Origin: a virus
Lineage: Duplodnaviria; Caudoviricetes
IMG/VR virus record: IMGVR_UViG_3300021431_000107
Coordinates: 1 to 64,000 of that record
Strand: one strand, 5' to 3'
Length of the DNA: 64,000 nt
Position numbers and translations under genes: made by a program. This document shows, piece after piece, positions 60,701 through 64,000 of this stretch; the first letter of the stretch is position 1; each line of letters begins with the position of its first letter. Below the pieces are notes generated by a model. That model was given only the letters and a program-made list of their open reading frames with translations, ran no database searches and had not been told where the DNA came from.

Positions 60701-61166
60701 CAAGTTCTTCAACGTTAGCTCCAAGGCCTTCGAGCTGGAACTTAGCCTGGTCGATGTTCGTTGCCCTTGTCCAACCTTTTGTTTTTGCAAGATTAATCGT
60801 TTCGCCAAGCAATTTGAACGGCTTAACTACAAAATTAGCAACCTGCATCGGAAACTGCGCTATTGGCCTTGCTAGTTCCTCAAAGAACGCTTTCTTAACA
60901 GTATTCTTGAAACTGATAAGATAATCAACGGACGATTTAAGTGACTTATTTAAAGCGTCGACAGGTATACTCTTAATCCCCTTATTTAGTGGCTCAAATG
61001 AGGTATTCTTAATCGACTTGTCAAGATCCGCAAAGCCCTTAGTTGCGTCATCGAACTTCATAGCATCATTGAGCTTCTGGATGGTTTTAATAGATGACTC
61101 GGCGTTCTTTTCAAGATCGCTACTGTCAAGCTTCATTTCTAGTATTCTCTGTTCAACATCAGCCAT
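54774..61166 (-). CDS. Tape measure protein
   Basis: 2130 aa, Ala/Gly-rich helical; TMP-type domain (SVQDTAYGYDEAAKIAS...GRLMGDQLNQL); hydrophobic middle; repeats such as GDSSLISFG / GDNSLTALA / GDNTLITLG. Confidence 0.92.
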   Translation of the reverse strand: MADVEQRILEMKLDSSDLEKNAESSIKTIQKLNDAMKFDDATKGFADLDKSIKNTSFEPLNKGIKSIPVDALNKSLKSSVDYLISFKNTVKKAFFEELARPIAQFPMQVANFVVKPFKLLGETINLAKTKGWTRATNIDQAKFQLEGLGANVEELDEAISNSVQDTAYGYDEAAKIASSFYATGIKDAAQMEKYLKGVSGVAAMTNAEYGDIGRIFTTVAGQGRLMGDQLNQLAAKGLNVPATLGEQLHKSEAEIREMVSKGEISFDMFANAMQEAFGDHAKDANKTFEGSMANMKAAIGRIGADFVTPIRQMAIPIFNRLKDVFNGIKATMKEKGIYDNFTRLTENITKLFTTIFGAPKSEEGTKAFNWIIDFASTISSKVAQAIDFINGIIETIIGFFEPVVSVGEKATETVEKVTESIESVDELAHRVISGEFGNGEDRRKALEGIGASYERVQNKVNELLGCSFRYEVAEEEGAKATEKAADAVEKKATLFDKLTEAQTTMGETIKFASDSFQQFKRNIDMNFAIAKGRKALAGFGAAINIVVGGVSAFVKGAAAGFIEALKTIGRWLLTAGAAIGDWLIKVDAWIKQNKIFEKAQTKINNAMGRFNTVLKGAGKVGGTVIDVMKSGWSKVGSVLTQAKESTQGFMAEFKQTSAFRRLTVIFGEIKRQVIELKDQAIQKVLDLIEKFKGTEIKLPTLDADSFAKSVSDKINWILDHISKLKESIKGIFKGGEGGFGKGTIGASIKGFFESTSFQDGLSTVTDLLGKAKDAIVEFFKIFGENASTQISDTGEAFGNFATAAKGFGGDLVSGGKAKLDEFMAWLKEMSPTFKEVGKWIQIAVGNFTALKAIKSFWNLLDWAKKGGEVLDSVKGTVDSVKGVIESFGGIFKSVSSSIQTLTTSLTEIGTAYKKNLKATALLKTAVAVGIFAAALWALGQLSWDQLKVAAAGIAVITGAIALLLGVLGSFGVLGGGSGSIKGAYADQLGEFLMGIKDGVNKFLKKAGSAMMFGAFAAAIAILAHTLKSIGDMKWEQIAKGLAGILGCMMVLMAAMAIMAGITKVMGKDKFSAKQALIMLSLAATIMLVGMSVKRLGKLGKGQLTKGLVAVTVIAFVLGAMMELSKNTKDAKLGPILAMTLAIGTIALAVVALSLLPTDKLAAVTTVMTILMGAFALMMAASGQMKGGGASMIAGIVLMGLVLGEIAAILYLFTSDQNIDADKMLKVSASISLLLGVMGGITLLCQTLGHSGLGGLAASALGVIDIAAVTALITGIAGVVGYLVGDNISEEQIEKAETGLHMIGRILTAITTEFGQMIGGFFGGLIGGSLTGLTENLPQVGQKLSDFVASLGTLATGDGPSFAGFKNLMGFLKDLVDMSDKNTMDNLINNFLGKGDSSLISFGEDLNVFAVLMGMYSEKIQGVNEETINKTSQAISTVTKYANDVPEVGGLMDLFTGDSSLITFGKEAVAFAVYMVAYSNEISGMNVGAVIGTSLAVNSVMQYANAAPTIHGSDSILGKLIGDNSLTALATGLVPFAQAMVAYSWIVSQLNSSAVEQSSKAVGIITDFANAIPNIRLVNTIAGQFFGSNSFEALATGLKSFGEAMVEYGKVVGGDSLDTKAIENSETAGKIITALADSVPNMHDYDTVLGKLVGDNTLITLGTNIESFGTSMVNFSNTLGGIENMSDVESMLNRVQDILSLFGMFSDELMNYDATQAGAAANALTGELEGIFEYFSTMWGDENLTEDIKNGGKTLWERFVEGIKEAAGEAGNEGGGLATIMAGFASTGSEGGEGPLMTTGKSMGEQLILGVRSAFETDTTFSGTDIPTFVLTALESANTALSTLGPSTVSPGVRVTMSAVGRAIVAYGPILQGKIRTICNQMKFVLTSYAAQFESAGKNLVQGLANGLSKNASIATSAGSKVGNDAKNAINKAAEVASPSKATERTGRFLDEGLANGLTKNLYLATNAATSVGASVVGTMQESFGDLNAAAENAGMEILNNLTSVYQYVGSVIENAMDVDPRITPVMDLSNIQNGVGSINSMLGGSTYGLGGLAYARSMYPGTYMNPAAMGAGNNNDMFAVVQGIRGDLNTLGQAMTNMQMVMDSGALVGSISGGIDKELGTVQKLKERWA

Positions 61167-61551
61167 CTCTTGTCACCTCCCTGAAAAGCTCATCTGCCAT
61201 CTTCTGAAAAATAGGTTCCATAGCAGGATTGATATAGTCTATACCTTGGACATAGCCTCCGCCTCTTGTGCCGTGTCCATACTGAATAAGAACAGCAACA
61301 TTAGCCCATTTGTTAACATTACTGTTACTCCAAATAATAGAGAGGGTGTTTTCGGCATTATTAAGATAGAGATTATAGCTCCAAGACTCCGCTGTTTTAC
61401 CAGTTCTTCTTGGAGTAGCTGCTCTAAGTGCCTCTACACCCTCTTCTCCATATTTTGCTACTTTTTCAATGAATGCCTTTTCACTGATTCTGTTTAAGAG
61501 GCTGACAGTCTTTTTAAAGTCTCCCTTTTGAGTGATCTTAATTCTTGGCAT
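61159..61551 (-). CDS. HK97-gp10-like tail/neck component
   Basis: ATPRRTGKTAESW, IQYGHGTRGGGYVQGIDYINPA. Confidence 0.7.
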   Translation of the reverse strand: MPRIKITQKGDFKKTVSLLNRISEKAFIEKVAKYGEEGVEALRAATPRRTGKTAESWSYNLYLNNAENTLSIIWSNSNVNKWANVAVLIQYGHGTRGGGYVQGIDYINPAMEPIFQKMADELFREVTRDG

Positions 61552-61558
61552 AAGTCAC

Positions 61559-62098
61559 TCACCTCCTGTGACCTCTTAATCTGCTTTCGTTTATAGATCT
61601 CTGATAAGCAGCTGCTTCAGCTCTAGACATCTTCTTATTACCTTCACTTTTTATAGCAAAGATTCTAATGAGAGTAATAAGTCTATTTAAGTGCCACTTC
61701 TCAAACTCTACAGGTATTCCATACATAATCATGTTGTAGTAGATGAGTTCACTGGTTATGATCTCCCTACTCGGCTTCATATTTCCTCTCTGATTAAATG
61801 TAGTGGCAGTCATAGGATCTCCGATGTACTCGTTGATCTCCTGCATAACTGAAATCGGAAGAACACTGTAGACAAGTTCATTGACTTTATTAATCGTCAT
61901 GCATTTCACATAGTCTAAAAGTTCTTCACCTGTTTTATCTTCGTCTGTAAGAAACGGCTTTTTCCATTTTTGCTCCCATTTTGAAATTGAGACCAAGGAA
62001 TGCTCAATGATAAGAGTTTGTTCTTTTATAGAAATAAACTCATTAGTTTCGGAATTCCATAGGTCATCCATTGCTGGAATTACTATCTTTTTAGGCAT
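61559..62098 (-). CDS. Tail assembly chaperone (second)
   Basis: LEHSL-like EHSLVSISKWEQKWKKPF; position upstream of TMP. Confidence 0.55.
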   Translation of the reverse strand: MPKKIVIPAMDDLWNSETNEFISIKEQTLIIEHSLVSISKWEQKWKKPFLTDEDKTGEELLDYVKCMTINKVNELVYSVLPISVMQEINEYIGDPMTATTFNQRGNMKPSREIITSELIYYNMIMYGIPVEFEKWHLNRLITLIRIFAIKSEGNKKMSRAEAAAYQRSINESRLRGHRR

Positions 62099-62118
62099 TC
62101 CTATACATCTCCAATCTA

Positions 62119-62556
62119 TTAGAATTCGCTTGACTGAATGGCTTCCACTGTTTCTTTAAGCTCAGTATTCTCCTGCAGCGTCTCCTGGAGCTTACCGGAC
62201 GGAATACCAATAGCATTCTCAAGAAACTTATCAACGAAGCCATCCTCGTTCTCAAGGAATTTAAGGAACAGTTCAGAGTATGCATCCGATGCTGCGAACT
62301 CCCGCGTAAATCTATCGGACTTCTCGAACTTGTTCTCTGCATTTCGTCTTCCATATGACTTAAGGATCAGTTTCTTAAAGACCTGGACAATATCAGACAC
62401 TTCCGGATCGTCTTTAAGTCTTTCAAGGAACGCATCAAAACCACCAGGAATCTCATAGTTAAGTTCAGCGATTTCACCCTTAGTCAAGTTGAAATAAAAA
62501 TCTTTCGTTTTCTCTGTACCATCATAAGTGGTATAAGTAATCGGAAGCTTAAACAT
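62119..62556 (-). CDS. Tail assembly chaperone
   Basis: ITYTTYDG...FYFNLTKGEI; immediately after the major tail gene. Confidence 0.6.
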   Translation of the reverse strand: MFKLPITYTTYDGTEKTKDFYFNLTKGEIAELNYEIPGGFDAFLERLKDDPEVSDIVQVFKKLILKSYGRRNAENKFEKSDRFTREFAASDAYSELFLKFLENEDGFVDKFLENAIGIPSGKLQETLQENTELKETVEAIQSSEF

Positions 62557-62638
62557 AGTGTCGTTCTCCTTTCAACTATCTTTCACCAATATTAGAGGGG
62601 CCACTGTGATTAGCAGCCCCTCATAGAATCAATCACTC

Positions 62639-63310
62639 TCAGGTAAGCTTGGTAATTACCTCATCCGGAAGCGGAAGACGAGAAGCTGCAGTCGTGGAGC
62701 CATAAAGGATCTCTTCGAATTCAGTGAGTTTCGTTTTCTGTTCAGGAGTCGTAAACATGGTAGAATCAATGATCAGATGAGCAGTCGGCTTATGACCAGT
62801 TACGTTAACAGGAGTCGTAGTAAGCTCCCAGCTAAGCGTAATGGCATCCGGAGAGTCGTTAATCGTCTGATAAGATCTCTCGGACGGAGAAGCAGTAGCG
62901 CCATAGATAAGATGAATCTTATAGCCATAGTTGGTACCGGCTACATCATTACCAATAGTTGTCACATAAGAAAAGCCAAAGGATCTTCTACCCTGCTGAT
63001 TGATGATAACGCCAGGCTGTACCTCAGCGGAACCATCACAGACATAGAATTCTCTCGGGCACTGATATGCTTCAATAGTAGCGCCGAATTCCTCGGCAGA
63101 ACGAAGAGAAGCATATTTAATATCGTCAGCCCAAAGAGCGGTCTCTTCTGCACCGGAGTTACTTTCGGTAACGGCAGTAAGTCCATTCCAAGCAACGCCT
63201 TCGCCATACTGACCCTGGTCAGTGGTCACGAACAGAACGCCCTTTTTAGTACCAGTTTCAAACTTTTTATTTCCAGTATCATCCCATACAAGAGCATTAG
63301 GCATAGTCAT
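62639..63310 (-). CDS. Major tail protein
   Basis: LVWDDTG..FETGTKKGVL...GVAWNGLTAVTES...EEFGATIEAY...SPSERSYQTINDSPDAITLSWE. Confidence 0.85.
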   Translation of the reverse strand: MTMPNALVWDDTGNKKFETGTKKGVLFVTTDQGQYGEGVAWNGLTAVTESNSGAEETALWADDIKYASLRSAEEFGATIEAYQCPREFYVCDGSAEVQPGVIINQQGRRSFGFSYVTTIGNDVAGTNYGYKIHLIYGATASPSERSYQTINDSPDAITLSWELTTTPVNVTGHKPTAHLIIDSTMFTTPEQKTKLTEFEEILYGSTTAASRLPLPDEVITKLT

Positions 63311-63342
63311 TTCCTCCTTGAAATTAAGTTTCTATTATTCAG

Positions 63343-63639
63343 TTAGAGATACAGTATAAAAACAGTGTGATAAAGGTTTTCAGTTGAAAACACCCGGTCC
63401 ATCTTGCACATCGGAAGTTTTGCTACTTCTTCAGGAATTGTGCTGTCAGGATCGTGATCAATCACTGTAATCGTGTAACTGTATGTGAATCTATAAGGGA
63501 GATCATTAGCAAACAGAGTGTCGCCAGATCTCCTCTCATAGATGATGCATGGGTAATCTATCTCATGTCCCGAAGGAGGTTGATAGTACACATGATCGCA
63601 AATAGCATGAAGCCATTCACTGAGTTTTAGTCTGCTCAT
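63343..63639 (-). CDS. Tail terminator / completion protein
   Basis: VYYQPP...YPCIIY...YTITVIDHDPDS. Confidence 0.75.
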   Translation of the reverse strand: MSRLKLSEWLHAICDHVYYQPPSGHEIDYPCIIYERRSGDTLFANDLPYRFTYSYTITVIDHDPDSTIPEEVAKLPMCKMDRVFSTENLYHTVFILYL

Positions 63640-63946
63640 GATAAACCCCTCCAAAGGACAATATCAGTCTTGGATAAGCAACCTCAACATCAGTCACTTT
63701 CCATTTTGTTCCCATGTAAGTTGCATAGCGGATCTGATGAAAATTATGCAAAGCATACGGATCCGCCAGAATGCTTATTCGATTGCTGATAACTAAGTCA
63801 TCGTTTAGATGCTCCGTTCCCTGCCATCTGCTTGTGTTTTTAAGCACGTCACCAATAGCAGGCTTCTCAACAATCACTTCTTTAAGAACGTCGGGTGCGG
63901 TTTCTTTAAACTCAGCATATCCGACGGTCCCCGCATACTTAGCCAT
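63617..63946 (-). CDS. Head-closure / head-tail adaptor protein
   Basis: MAKYAGTVGY...ISILADPYA...GTKWKVTDVEVAYPRLILSFGG. Confidence 0.7.
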   Translation of the reverse strand: MAKYAGTVGYAEFKETAPDVLKEVIVEKPAIGDVLKNTSRWQGTEHLNDDLVISNRISILADPYALHNFHQIRYATYMGTKWKVTDVEVAYPRLILSFGGVYHEQTKTQ

Positions 63947-64000
63947 AACTAACTCATCTCCGCATTTTGAAATTTATCAGCCTTCGGTAGTACCATTAGA

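Noticed and set aside
62091-62130. Programmed frameshift joining the two tail chaperones
   Set aside because: No clear slippery heptamer at the end of the first gene; the second has its own SD and ATG.
62595-62622. Terminator after the major tail gene
   Set aside because: The hairpin resembles the cassette terminator family but lacks a U-tract, so it is more likely a stabilising or pause element; not listed as a terminator.
532-63346. Plus-strand ORFs in the track other than the integrase (e.g. 532-1350, 5742-6308, 57574-58098, 62777-63346)
   Set aside because: They are antisense shadows of well-supported minus-strand genes, with no SD or recognisable motifs.
1-64000. tRNA, tmRNA or rRNA genes; lysis, terminase, portal and capsid genes
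   Set aside because: None recognised by eye; head and lysis modules probably lie outside the window. A tRNAscan/Aragorn run would be needed to exclude tRNAs.

Overview
The window is most of a temperate siphovirus-type phage genome, probably of an anaerobic Bacillota host (inference from GGAGG SD sites, sigma-A promoters and nrdG). Almost everything is on the minus strand. Left to right: a single-subunit two-barrel (DFDGD, YonO/RdRP-like) RNA polymerase carrying several HTH units; nuclease, SF2 helicase and SSB genes; a 1443-aa helicase-primase-exonuclease-PolB fusion; an AT-rich putative origin; about 35 kb of small accessory genes; an XRE/integrase switch with an intact attP; and a tail module (two beta-helix tailspikes, Tal, Dit, 2130-aa TMP, chaperones, major tail protein). 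Head, terminase and lysis genes are not visible. The most striking unannotated layer is regulatory. I found by eye 30 copies of a non-sigma-A promoter-like motif (TCGHA-N7-CA-N5-TAnnnT), a family of related terminators, and structure-conserved GA/GNA/GA mini-hairpins that together split the accessory region into one-gene cassettes. Two of these promoter-terminator units lack a well-supported ORF and fold into extensively paired RNAs (about 130 nt and about 280 nt), which are candidate novel phage ncRNAs. Protein calls rest on motif recognition and folds on manual pairing; no database search or folding program was run.
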